A DNA stretch of 64,000 bases from Chloroflexota bacterium (lineage in GTDB: Bacteria > Chloroflexota > Limnocylindria > Limnocylindrales > CSP1-4): positions 15,913-79,912 of the forward strand of contig VBFG01000048.1 in NCBI GenBank assembly GCA_005882635.1. Direction: 5' to 3'. The notes beneath the pieces were generated by a model. It was not told the origin of the DNA. It did not search any database and was given only the letters and a program-made list of their open reading frames with translations. Numbering within the stretch: the first letter of the stretch is position 1; every line of letters begins with the position of its first letter. Of this stretch, positions 26,966-36,167 are shown one piece after another. The position numbers were made by a program, and so were the translations under genes.

Positions 26966-27655
26966 ATGGGCCCTCGACGCTGGTTTCCCGATGCGCTGAC
27001 GGGCGAGCGCGTGGTCCTCCGACGGCACGTCCCGGAGAACGTCCGAGCGTTCCAGCGGTGGTACGCCGACCCCGACGTCGTCCGCCTGACGCGCTACCAG
27101 GACAGCCCCATGCGACGCGACGAGATCGAGCGGTTCTTCGCCGCCCGCGCTCTCGGCACGGACTCGCTGGCGATGGCGATCCACCTCCGCGACACGGACC
27201 GGCTGATCGGGACGTGCGCACTGTCCCAGCTCGACAGCGACAACGGCTCGGCGCTGTTCCACATCACGATCGGCGAGAAGGATGCGTGGGGCGCCGGGTA
27301 CGGCACCGAGGCCACGAGCCTCATGCTCGACCACGCCTTCCACACGCTCGGCCTGCACCGGATCGCCCTGACCGTCTTCGCCTTCAACGAGCGGGCGGTG
27401 AGGTCCTACCGGTCCGTCGGGTTCGTGGTCGAAGGTCGGGCCCGGGAGGCGATCTGGCGCGAGGGCCGCTGGTGGGACGAGATCGCGATGAGCGTTCTCG
27501 ACTCCGACTGGGCCACCCGGCATCCGCGTCCGGCGCGGGTGCCCGACGTCGACGCGACGGTCGCCCCGGTGGAAGCGCCTGAGCCGCCGGAGCCGACGGT
27601 CCGTCGAGAGCGCCGGGTGGGCGCGGTCGCGGGCTTCCTCGGCCGGCGCCGATGA
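26966..27655 (+). CDS. GNAT family acetyltransferase (RimJ/RimL-like)
   Basis: IGEKDAWGAGYGTEA, LHRIALTVFAFNERA, GFVVEG. Confidence 0.88.
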   Translation: MGPRRWFPDALTGERVVLRRHVPENVRAFQRWYADPDVVRLTRYQDSPMRRDEIERFFAARALGTDSLAMAIHLRDTDRLIGTCALSQLDSDNGSALFHITIGEKDAWGAGYGTEATSLMLDHAFHTLGLHRIALTVFAFNERAVRSYRSVGFVVEGRAREAIWREGRWWDEIAMSVLDSDWATRHPRPARVPDVDATVAPVEAPEPPEPTVRRERRVGAVAGFLGRRR

Positions 27656-27927
27656 CGCCGGGGCCGGCGGCTGCGGCCGCGCGAGCCGACGTCCGCGAGC
27701 TGATCGCCGCCAAGGGCCACGTCGTCGACAACGCCCGGCAGGCGATCGACCGGCTCGATGTGGCCTTCGAGTCCGGCGACCTCCAACGCACGCCCGAGCT
27801 GATGTTGTTCCTGGCCGACCTCGCGCCCGCGCTCGAGCAGGCCGAGGGTCAGAAGCTCGGCGGGAAGAGCGCCGAGGCCGCCCGGTTCATCCTTCGCGCG
27901 ATCGACCGGGAGCTGGATCGGGCGTAG
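27652..27927 (+). CDS. hypothetical helical protein
   Basis: ATGA overlap with the GNAT stop; good codon bias. Confidence 0.65.
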   Translation: MTPGPAAAAARADVRELIAAKGHVVDNARQAIDRLDVAFESGDLQRTPELMLFLADLAPALEQAEGQKLGGKSAEAARFILRAIDRELDRA

Positions 27928-27933
27928 CCGATC

Positions 27934-29067
27934 TCAGGGGGCGATCGACTCGGCCGGCGGAGCCGACGCCGACGCAGCCGGGGTCGGGGTCGCCGTTGGG
28001 TCAGGCGTCGCGGTCGCGGTCGTCGTCGGGTCAGGCATCGCGGTCGCGGTCGTCGTCGGGTCAGGCATCGCGGTCGCGGTTGTCGTCGGGTCAGGCGTCG
28101 CGGCCGGGGTCGCCGTCGGGTCAGGCGTCGCGGTCGCCGTCGGATCTGCGACCGGCGTCGGGTCCGGCGTCGGCGTTGGTGTCGGCGTCGGCGTTGGTGT
28201 CGGCGTCGGTGTCGGCTCCGGCGGCGGCGTGACCGGGGGCAGGCCCGATCGGATCGGCTGGACCAGGACCCAGCGGGCGTACCACTCGGATGCCGTCGAC
28301 CGGATCGAGCTTCGCCGCCAGCCGGGCGTGTACGGATCGTCGAGCGGGCTGTCGACTTCGCGGTAGGACCGGAAGCGATAGGGCAGGCTGCCCTGGAGGA
28401 GGGACAGCCGATTGATGTAGCGGTTCACGAGCCCGTCGGACCGGAGCGGGTCCGACACGAACAGGCCGTTCACCACGAAGGCATCGGATGTGGCCGGGTC
28501 GTCGCCCGTCACGACGTAGCCGGTGACGACCTGGGCGTGGCCGCCGGCCCAGGCCAGGAGGCCGACCGGCATGCGGTAGCGGGCGATGGCCGTCACCGCT
28601 CCCTTGAGCGCGGCATCGAACGAGCCGTACGCCCGATCGTCGTAGACGCGCTTCGCGGGGTCGGTCATGGCGGCGGAACCCCAGCCGTAGTAGTTCATGG
28701 CGTTCCGCCAGCCGTGGGCATCGCTTCCGCGTCGCCCCGCTGCCAGCGTGTCGTGGCTGCGCTCGAACGACAGGATCGATGTCATGTCCCAGGTGACCCG
28801 CGGGTCCGGGTGGTTCTTCGTCCGGAAGAGGTGCCAGCGGAACCCGTCGCCGCCGGTGTCGGCGAGGTCGGTGAAGTTCAGCATCATCATCGCCGCTGCG
28901 GCGGTGCACGCCGTGTAGTACGGATCCTGGTAGAGGAACCCGGCGCTCCGGAACAGGTTGTACCGCCAGACGGTCGCGCCATTCACGGCGGGCGGCAGCA
29001 GCCCGACGAGCAGGAGCAGCATGGAGGCGAACGTGAGCGCGGGTCGGACGCGGCTCAAGCGATCCAT
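27934..29067 (-). CDS. secreted C39-like cysteine peptidase with Pro/Thr-rich tail
   Basis: Signal peptide; YQ...ACTAAA, GGHAQVVTGY and SDP (Cys-His-Asp order); (PT)n and PDPTTTATA repeats. Confidence 0.65.
   Translation of the reverse strand: MDRLSRVRPALTFASMLLLLVGLLPPAVNGATVWRYNLFRSAGFLYQDPYYTACTAAAAMMMLNFTDLADTGGDGFRWHLFRTKNHPDPRVTWDMTSILSFERSHDTLAAGRRGSDAHGWRNAMNYYGWGSAAMTDPAKRVYDDRAYGSFDAALKGAVTAIARYRMPVGLLAWAGGHAQVVTGYVVTGDDPATSDAFVVNGLFVSDPLRSDGLVNRYINRLSLLQGSLPYRFRSYREVDSPLDDPYTPGWRRSSIRSTASEWYARWVLVQPIRSGLPPVTPPPEPTPTPTPTPTPTPTPTPDPTPVADPTATATPDPTATPAATPDPTTTATAMPDPTTTATAMPDPTTTATATPDPTATPTPAASASAPPAESIAP
27998..28141. repeat. 30 bp in-frame tandem repeat (about 5 copies)
   Basis: Unit GGGTCAGGCRTCGCGGTCGCGGTCGTCGTC starting at 27998, 28028, 28058, 28088 and 28118. 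Confidence 0.85.
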
Positions 29068-29534
29068 CCCCTCCAGCGTCGGTGACTGCCGTCACGCGGA
29101 CGTCGACCGACCGCGCCGATCGCGGCCGAGCCGCGAGCATGCGGTGTGCGAGGGCCCGGACCAATCGACCGATCGTACCCACGAGCGCCCTTGACTCTCG
29201 ACCTATGGGATATCAGAGCCGATGCCAGTCGAGGCCGGAGCGGCGGCCGACGGGCGTGAACGCCGCCCTCGCGCCAAGAACGATCTCTGTCGGAGATCGG
29301 AGGATCAGAGGTTCGTCCGAGGGCGGCGCCGCGCCGCGCATCCAGCGCAATGCCTGGACGGCATTGATTCCGGGTCGGCGACCGGTTGGCGTCATCGTCG
29401 CCGCGGCATCCGCCAGCATTGACGACGGTCCGACCAATGAACCGGCCGGATCCAGGTGGCGGCCGTAGAATCGGCGCTGCCCATCCCGGATCGATCTGCG
29501 GCCGTCGTGTCAGGCCGCCGGAGGCCCTGTCCCC

Positions 29535-30485
29535 ATGACCGATGTCACCTTCGGAATCCTTCTCTGGAGCCAGGCCGCGAGCTGGAACGAGATGCTCGAC
29601 GCCGCGAAGCGGGTCGACCGCCTCGGGTATGCCCACCTCTGGACGTGGGACCACCTGTACGCGATCTTCGGCGACCCGTATCAGCCGATCTTCGAGGGCT
29701 GGTCGCTGCTCAACGCCTGGGCGCGCGAGACGGAGCAGACGCGACTCGGGCTGCTCGTCGGGGCGAACACGTTCCGCAATCCGGGCCTCGTCGCCAAGGT
29801 CGCCGCGACCCTCGACCACGCGAGCGACGGCCGGGCGATCCTGGGCATCGGCGGCGCCTGGATGGAGCCCGAGCACCTGGCCCACGGGATCGAGTTCGGA
29901 TCCGGCTTCGGCCAGCGGCTCGACTGGCTCGATGAATCCGTCGGCGCCATGCGAGACCTGCTCGACGGCAAGAAGGTGACCTCGGTCCCGGGCGGCCGCT
30001 ACGCCTTCGACCATCTCCGCCACCAGCCGCGCCCGATCCAGCCTCGTCTGCCGATCATGATCGGCGGGTCCGGAGAGAAGAAGACGCTCCGAACCGTGGC
30101 CAGATACGCCGACATGTGGAACGCGATGGGCCCGCTCGACGTGATGCGGCACAAGGTCGACGTCCTGCGGCAGCACTGCGCGGACGTCGGGCGCGATCCG
30201 TCGGCGATCGAGTTCACCCTCGGCATCAAGGCGACGATCCGCGACAGCGAGGCGGAGGCGGACCGCGTCTGGAAATCCGCCATGGAGCACAACCGGACGC
30301 CGATGTCCCGGGTCGAGGACGACTCCACATTCTGGAACGGGACGGCGCAGCAGCTGGCCGACCGGCTGGCGCCCTACGTCGAGCTCGGCTTCCACACCGT
30401 GATCTCCGAGCAACCCGCGCCATACGACACCGAGACGCTCGACCGCCTGATCGGCGAGGTCAAGCCGCTCGTCGACGCCGGCTGA
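29535..30485 (+). CDS. LLM class (probably F420-dependent) oxidoreductase
   Basis: WTWDHL, FEGW, RNPGLVAK, LDHASDGR, LGIGGAW, PIMIGGSGEKKTL. Confidence 0.9.
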   Translation: MTDVTFGILLWSQAASWNEMLDAAKRVDRLGYAHLWTWDHLYAIFGDPYQPIFEGWSLLNAWARETEQTRLGLLVGANTFRNPGLVAKVAATLDHASDGRAILGIGGAWMEPEHLAHGIEFGSGFGQRLDWLDESVGAMRDLLDGKKVTSVPGGRYAFDHLRHQPRPIQPRLPIMIGGSGEKKTLRTVARYADMWNAMGPLDVMRHKVDVLRQHCADVGRDPSAIEFTLGIKATIRDSEAEADRVWKSAMEHNRTPMSRVEDDSTFWNGTAQQLADRLAPYVELGFHTVISEQPAPYDTETLDRLIGEVKPLVDAG

Positions 30486-30493
30486 CGCAGTCG

Positions 30494-30949
30494 ATGGGCG
30501 GTGGCGCCCAGCGCCGGTCAGTCGGAACGGCCGTCGGCCGCCTGCTGGCGGTGTTCGACCGGCCAGCCGACGCCGACGCGGCAACCCAGGCACTCGCAGC
30601 GGAGGCCGGCATCGACAACGGCCGGATCGATCGCTACGAAGGCGCGGCCGATGCGCCGTTGTTCGACGCGAGCGGTCGCCGGCGTGGCCTGCGCGGGCGC
30701 CTCTACCGGATCATCGAGTTCACCTGGGCCGATCAGGCACCGGACTTCGCCTGGTACGAGGCGGCTCTTCGGGGGGGCCGGACGGTCCTGTCGATCCCGG
30801 TCTCGGGCCAGGGTCACGTCGCCGAGGCGGCCCGGATCGTGACCGCCCACGACGGCCACTTCGTGAACCATTTCGGCTGGTTCGAGACGCAGGAGCTGGC
30901 GCGCTGGCGCGGCCCCGAACCCGACGTGCCCGGCTTCCTCCGCCGTTAG
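30494..30949 (+). CDS. hypothetical protein
   Basis: Follows the LLM gene after 8 bp; LLAVFD...YEAALRGG...GHFVNHFG pattern. Confidence 0.6.
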   Translation: MGGGAQRRSVGTAVGRLLAVFDRPADADAATQALAAEAGIDNGRIDRYEGAADAPLFDASGRRRGLRGRLYRIIEFTWADQAPDFAWYEAALRGGRTVLSIPVSGQGHVAEAARIVTAHDGHFVNHFGWFETQELARWRGPEPDVPGFLRR

Positions 30950-32143
30950 TCAACCGCTGACGGCGGCGAGGATCCCGAGGACTTCGTCCTTCGATGGAAG
31001 CCGGGGGCTGTTCGCGATCGCGGCATCCTCGACGGCGTCTTCCGCGATCATCTCGTGGGCCTCCGGGGCGAACCCCAGCTCGCTGAGCGTCCGCCGCTGG
31101 TTGACGCGCTCGAGGAGGCCTTCGATGGCATCGATCCCCGCCCGGGCGGCCAGGCCCTCGTCGTCGGCCGGACCGGCGGCGCCCATCGCCACCGCGACCA
31201 GGGCGAGCTCGCGGTCGCGGACGCCGAGGTAGGTCTCGAAGACCTCGGGCATCACCGTCGCGAGGGCCGTCCCGTGAGCCAGGCCGCCGCGCGCCCCGAT
31301 GGCATGGCCGATCGCGTGGACGGCCCCGACCCCGGTGCCGCTCTGCTGGCCGACGCCGGCGTAGTGCGCAGCGAGGAGCATCCGACTGCGGGCCTCCAGG
31401 TCCGATCCGTCGTCGACCGCGCGGGGCAGCCACTCCGCGACTGTTCGGATCACGCCAAGGGCGATCGCCTCGGCGAATGGGTTCGGGTTGGCCGACAGCA
31501 GGGACTCCAGCGAGTGGGTCAGCGCGTCGACGCCGGTTGCGGCGGTCGGGCCGGGCGGGAGCTTCAGCGTGAGGACCGGATCCAGGATCGCGACCCTGGG
31601 CAGCACGCTCTCGTGCCCAACGTATCCCTTCCGGCCGGTGGCCGCGTCGGTGATCACGCCGTAGGTGTTGGTCTCCGAGCCCGTCCCGGCGGTCGTCGGG
31701 ACCGCCACGACCGGGAGGCCCGGAGCCACCGTTTCATCGTGGTAGCCAAGTGACATGACAGCACGCTGATTGGTCGCGTGAAGGGCGATCACCTTGGCCG
31801 AGTCCATCGCCGAGCCGCCGCCAAGGCCGACGACCACGAGGCGCGCGGGGTCGACGGAGCCGGACGTGAACGATCGGAGCCGCTCGCTGCCGCGGACGAT
31901 GGCCGCGGTGCCGGGATTGGGTTCGACGCCATCCTCGACCTCGACGCGGATGCCGGCCTTCTGCAGGTGATCGATGACCCGGCCAACGACGCCCGACGCG
32001 ACAACGCCGGAGTCCGTGACGACGAAGGCCGATGTCGCACCCAGCGACGCGACGAGCTCGGGCAGCTCCGAGACGACGCCCACCCCGAACCGAGCCCGGT
32101 CGCGGGCGAGGATCTCCAGCCGGCGCTCCGCATACCCCGCCAT
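30950..32143 (-). CDS. iron-containing alcohol dehydrogenase (GbsB/choline dehydrogenase-like by context)
   Basis: GLGGGSAMDSAK, PTTAGTGSE, DALTHSLE, HAIGH, HG. Confidence 0.9.
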   Translation of the reverse strand: MAGYAERRLEILARDRARFGVGVVSELPELVASLGATSAFVVTDSGVVASGVVGRVIDHLQKAGIRVEVEDGVEPNPGTAAIVRGSERLRSFTSGSVDPARLVVVGLGGGSAMDSAKVIALHATNQRAVMSLGYHDETVAPGLPVVAVPTTAGTGSETNTYGVITDAATGRKGYVGHESVLPRVAILDPVLTLKLPPGPTAATGVDALTHSLESLLSANPNPFAEAIALGVIRTVAEWLPRAVDDGSDLEARSRMLLAAHYAGVGQQSGTGVGAVHAIGHAIGARGGLAHGTALATVMPEVFETYLGVRDRELALVAVAMGAAGPADDEGLAARAGIDAIEGLLERVNQRRTLSELGFAPEAHEMIAEDAVEDAAIANSPRLPSKDEVLGILAAVSG

Positions 32144-32385
32144 CAGGCGATCTCGACCACACGGTCGGCGTTCGTGTCGCGGCGGACCGTGAGCCAGCGA
32201 CGACAGCCGGCCGAATGGAACCAACGCTCGTTCGTGATCCCGGCGGGGTTCTCGAAGACCCAGACCTCGTCGAAGTCGCGGTCGTCCGGATCGATCAGCC
32301 AGTCGGGGGCGGGGCGTCGTTCCCCGCCGAAGGTGAACTCGTCGAGCGGTCGCCGCCCGCAGCGCGGGCAATCGAGCTCGTGCAT
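32143..32385 (-). CDS. soxD: sarcosine oxidase delta subunit
   Basis: CPRCGRR..EF..GE, ENPAG, ERWFHSAGCRRW..RDT zinc-binding pattern. Confidence 0.9.
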   Translation of the reverse strand: MHELDCPRCGRRPLDEFTFGGERRPAPDWLIDPDDRDFDEVWVFENPAGITNERWFHSAGCRRWLTVRRDTNADRVVEIA

Positions 32386-33596
32386 CAGCGCGTCCCCGCC
32401 GACGCCTGGTCGGCCATCGCGAGGTCGTGCCGGAAGCGATCGAGCCCGAAAGGCGCGATCAGGCCAGGCGTCCGCCCGGTCGCGATCAGCTCGGCCATCG
32501 CCTCGCCGCCGGCGGGGATCGCCTTGAAGCCCCATGTCCCCCAGCCGGTCGTGATCAGGAAGCCGTCGACGCCGGTCTCGCCCATGATCGGGCTGAAGTC
32601 GGCCGAGATGTCGCACAGGCCCGCCCACGTCCGCAGGATCCGCATCGAGCGGAGGAACGGCAGGAGCGCGCTGATCTTGTAGGCGTAGCTCCGCAGGGCG
32701 TCGAACGACGAGAGTCGGGAGAACGATGGCTGGCTGTCGAACTCGGCGCCGATCAGCATCTGGCCGCGCTCGGTCTGCGAGACGTAGCAGGCGAGCTCCG
32801 TCGAGGCGACGATCTTGTCCAGTCCCTGCTCGAAGTCATTCGTCACGAACGCGTGGAGGGGGTGCGTCCGGACCGGCAGGCGGATGCGAGCCATCGCGGC
32901 GACCTGGCTGACCCAGCCGCCGACGGCGCTCAGGACCACGCCGGCCCGGATCGGACCTGCGGCCGTCTCGACGCCGACGACGCGGTCGCCGTCGCGGAGC
33001 AGCCCGGTGACCGGCCGATGCTGGATCAGGTGGACGCCGCGAGACGACGCCCCCGACGCGAAGGCCCAGGCGACCCGGTCGTGACGGGCGGTCGCCGCCG
33101 GGACGTGGTGCGACGCGCCGAGGACCGCGTAGCGGCCAGCGCCGGTCAGGTCGACCTGGGGAACGAGGCGCTTGACGTCAGCCGGCCCGAGCAGCTCCGT
33201 GTCGACGCCCATCGCCTGGTTCATCAGGACGCGGCCGCGCTCGGTCCGCATCCCCATCTCCGTGTGGGCGATCCAGACGTGGCCTTTGACCCGATGGAAG
33301 ATCGCGGCGCCGGTCTCCGCTTCGAGTCCGGCGTAGAGCTGCCGCGAGTGGTCGTAGAACCGGATCGCTTCGGGGATCGCGTAGTTCGAGCGGATGATCG
33401 TCGTGTTCCGGCCGGTGTTGCCCGACGCGATGTAGTCGACCTCGACCACGGCGACGTTCGTGATCCCGTGGCGCGTCGCGAGGTAGTAGGCGGTCGACAG
33501 GCCGTGCCCGCCGCCGCCGATGATCACGACGTCGTACGAGTCGCGCGGCTCGTGCCACGCGATCGGCTGGAGCGACGCGATGTGCTCGCTCACCAT
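32385..33596 (-). CDS. soxB: sarcosine oxidase beta subunit
   Basis: IIGGGGHGLSTAYYLA, GNTGRNTTIIRSNY, ARHDRVAW, GWGTWGFKA. Confidence 0.93.
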   Translation of the reverse strand: MVSEHIASLQPIAWHEPRDSYDVVIIGGGGHGLSTAYYLATRHGITNVAVVEVDYIASGNTGRNTTIIRSNYAIPEAIRFYDHSRQLYAGLEAETGAAIFHRVKGHVWIAHTEMGMRTERGRVLMNQAMGVDTELLGPADVKRLVPQVDLTGAGRYAVLGASHHVPAATARHDRVAWAFASGASSRGVHLIQHRPVTGLLRDGDRVVGVETAAGPIRAGVVLSAVGGWVSQVAAMARIRLPVRTHPLHAFVTNDFEQGLDKIVASTELACYVSQTERGQMLIGAEFDSQPSFSRLSSFDALRSYAYKISALLPFLRSMRILRTWAGLCDISADFSPIMGETGVDGFLITTGWGTWGFKAIPAGGEAMAELIATGRTPGLIAPFGLDRFRHDLAMADQASAGTR

Positions 33597-33970
33597 CCGA
33601 GGCGGCTCCGAAGCTCATTGGCGTAGGCGGCCTGGACGACGAGCAGCGTCGGCTCGCCCAGGACGATCCGGGCCGGCACGCCGGCAACCTTGCCCTGCGC
33701 CAGGACCGTGGGCTCTTCCGGCAGCGGCCAGTCGATGTGGTCCACGACGCCATGCCAGTCATCGACGTCGAGCATTGCGACCGAGAAGCCGGCTTCGGGC
33801 TCGACGATCGCATCCGGGTCGTCGATCTCGACGCCGGTGGCGCCGAGCGCGAGCGCCTCGTCCGGGGCGATTCGGAGGACATCGACGTCGTCCCCGTTCC
33901 AGCGGGCACCGTCGAGCGCGCTCGGAGTCGCGACCACCCGCCAGCCCTCGACAGGCTCAAGCGCGGGCAC
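33590..33970 (-). CDS. short sarcosine oxidase gamma-like subunit
   Basis: Overlaps both neighbours; VLRIAPDEAL resembles the SoxG LGPDEW motif; only 126 aa. Confidence 0.55.
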   Translation of the reverse strand: MPALEPVEGWRVVATPSALDGARWNGDDVDVLRIAPDEALALGATGVEIDDPDAIVEPEAGFSVAMLDVDDWHGVVDHIDWPLPEEPTVLAQGKVAGVPARIVLGEPTLLVVQAAYANELRSRLGW

Positions 33971-36167
33971 GATGACCCTCCGGGTCGTAGAACGGCGTCG
34001 GTGTCACGACGGCCTCGCGGCCGTCGATCTCGACCCGATCGGCGAACGGCGTCCGGCGCTGCCAGCCGAGCATCAGCGCCTTGCGGAGGAGGGGCGAGGT
34101 CCAGCTGCCAGTGACGTTGCCGATGATCTCGCCGTTCTCGACTGATCGAATCGGCGAGCCCTCCGTCGGGGCCTCCCCATCCATCGAGAACCCGACCCAC
34201 CTTCGTGAGTCGTCGAGCTTGGCGGTCCGTTCGAGTGACGCTCGCCCGATGAACGCCGGCTTCTCCATCCGGACCGCCCAGTCCATGCCCAGGCGGCGCG
34301 GGGTCGTGTCGAGCTCCGTGTCCATGCCGACGATCACGTGGCCCTTCTCGAGCCGCAGGCCGAAGAGCGCCTGGAGCCCGTGGGGCCGGACGCCGAGGTC
34401 CCGCCCCGCGTCCATGAGCGCCCGCCACAGCGCCACGGAGCCATCGAGCGGGTGGTGCAGCTCGAACGCCGTCTCGCCCGTGAACGACAGCCGCATGACG
34501 TGGCACGGCACCCCGGCGATCTCCGCGCGGATGTGGCCGAGGAACCGCGGGGCGTCCTCCAGGCCGAGCCGCGCGAGCAGCGTCTTCACGAGCGGGCCCG
34601 TGACGTTGATCGCGGCGAGCGACATGGTCCGGTCCATGACGTGGACACGGAGGCCCCATGTCTGGATCCAGTCGCGCAGCCACATCTCCGCATTGGCCGC
34701 GCCGCCCGACGTGAACGTGAGCGTGAACCGGGTCTCTGCGTCGCGGAGGATCATCCCGTCGTCCATCACGTGGCCGCGCTCGTTGAGGAGCAGCGCGTAG
34801 CGCGAGCGGCCGGGCTTGATGTCCGCCACGTGGCAGGGGTAGATCCGCTCCAGCGCCTCGACGACATCCGGCCCGCTGACGACGAGCTTGCCGAGGGTCG
34901 ACACGTCGCCGACGGACACCCCCTCGCGGACCGCCCAGTACTCGGCGACGGCGTCGCCGTAGTGCCACGGCCGCCACCAGCCGCCGAACCGGTCCATCCG
35001 GGCGCCCAGCGTGAGGTGCTCGTCATGGAGCGGAGTCCGCCGGAAGGCATCGATCGCGACGTCGGCGGCGGCCTCGGCCAGGGTGATCTGGCGGGCGGCG
35101 GGTCGGGCCGTGAAGGGCGCCGGCGGCGGTCCGCTCGTCCGGGCGGCGATCCACGACCGGACGTGCGGCAAGCACGCGCCGCCCTGGCACGGCCCGAGGC
35201 CAGCCCAGCTCGCCCGCTTCAGCAGCTCGAGGTCCGTATAGCCCTGGTCCCAGGCGGCCTCTAGATCGTCGACGGTCGTGCCCATGCAAGGGCAGACGAC
35301 GCCGTCCCGCGGCGGCGCCGGGAGGGGCTGGTCCTCGGCCGCGGGGCCGACCGCCGAGACTCCCTCGGCCCTCGACATCCGGGCGAGGACGTCCCGGGGC
35401 GCCCGACCGAGGTCCACCACGGCGGTCTCGCAGGGCGTGGTCGTCTCCGTGGCGTCCATGCCGACAGTCACCACGGCCGAGACGCGACCGGCGTCGCCCT
35501 CGAACCGGAGGAGCTCCCGACCGACGTGGACCACGCGACCGAGGTCCACCCCGGCGGCCTCGAGCCGTTCCGCGGCACCGGCCGTCACGATTCCCCCCAG
35601 GTCGCTTCCGGGGCACGCCGGCTGGATCTCGACCGAGCCCGTCGCGACGACGATCTCGTCCGCCCGGACATGCAGCATCCCGCCGGGATCTCGGGCCACG
35701 ATCGACGGACCGGGATAGATGCCCACGACCTCGCTGCCGTCCCGGGCGTCGAGGAGCAGGACATCGCGGCCTGCGGAGCGCGCCGCTTCCACGGCGGACT
35801 GGCCGCTCGAGCCGCCACCGATCACGGCGACATCGGCCTCGGTTCGGCGAACGGCGATCTTCGAGCCGACCGGCATCAGGGTCAGGTCTCGCCAGTCGAC
35901 CACCGGGAGCTGGGGCTTGCCACCGGCCGGGTGGCGGACGACCACGGTCCCAGGTCGCGCGGCGACCTGGCAGGTCCGGACGTAGGCGACGCCGTCGACC
36001 TCCGCCAGGCAGTTCCCGCAGTCGCCCGCCAGGCAGAGGCAGCCACCGTGACCGGGCACCTCGCCCGTTCGAACGATCGCGACGGCGACGGAATCCCCAT
36101 CCGCGAACTCGATCGGTCGCCCGTCGACGACGATCCGGCCGGCGACCTCGGCCGGTGCGTCGGTCAC
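33957..36167 (-). CDS. sarcosine oxidase alpha-like subunit with 2Fe-2S and BFD-like Cys clusters and GcvT domain
   Basis: CLCLAGDCGNC..C, VIGGG, VVCPC..ELLKR..GPCQGGAC, RRTPLH, DVSTLGK, SFTGE, LRLEKG. Confidence 0.85.
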   Translation of the reverse strand: MTDAPAEVAGRIVVDGRPIEFADGDSVAVAIVRTGEVPGHGGCLCLAGDCGNCLAEVDGVAYVRTCQVAARPGTVVVRHPAGGKPQLPVVDWRDLTLMPVGSKIAVRRTEADVAVIGGGSSGQSAVEAARSAGRDVLLLDARDGSEVVGIYPGPSIVARDPGGMLHVRADEIVVATGSVEIQPACPGSDLGGIVTAGAAERLEAAGVDLGRVVHVGRELLRFEGDAGRVSAVVTVGMDATETTTPCETAVVDLGRAPRDVLARMSRAEGVSAVGPAAEDQPLPAPPRDGVVCPCMGTTVDDLEAAWDQGYTDLELLKRASWAGLGPCQGGACLPHVRSWIAARTSGPPPAPFTARPAARQITLAEAAADVAIDAFRRTPLHDEHLTLGARMDRFGGWWRPWHYGDAVAEYWAVREGVSVGDVSTLGKLVVSGPDVVEALERIYPCHVADIKPGRSRYALLLNERGHVMDDGMILRDAETRFTLTFTSGGAANAEMWLRDWIQTWGLRVHVMDRTMSLAAINVTGPLVKTLLARLGLEDAPRFLGHIRAEIAGVPCHVMRLSFTGETAFELHHPLDGSVALWRALMDAGRDLGVRPHGLQALFGLRLEKGHVIVGMDTELDTTPRRLGMDWAVRMEKPAFIGRASLERTAKLDDSRRWVGFSMDGEAPTEGSPIRSVENGEIIGNVTGSWTSPLLRKALMLGWQRRTPFADRVEIDGREAVVTPTPFYDPEGHRARA

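Noticed and set aside
27998-28141. CRISPR-like array
   Set aside because: Contiguous 30 bp units without unique spacers, in frame within a CDS, and no cas genes.
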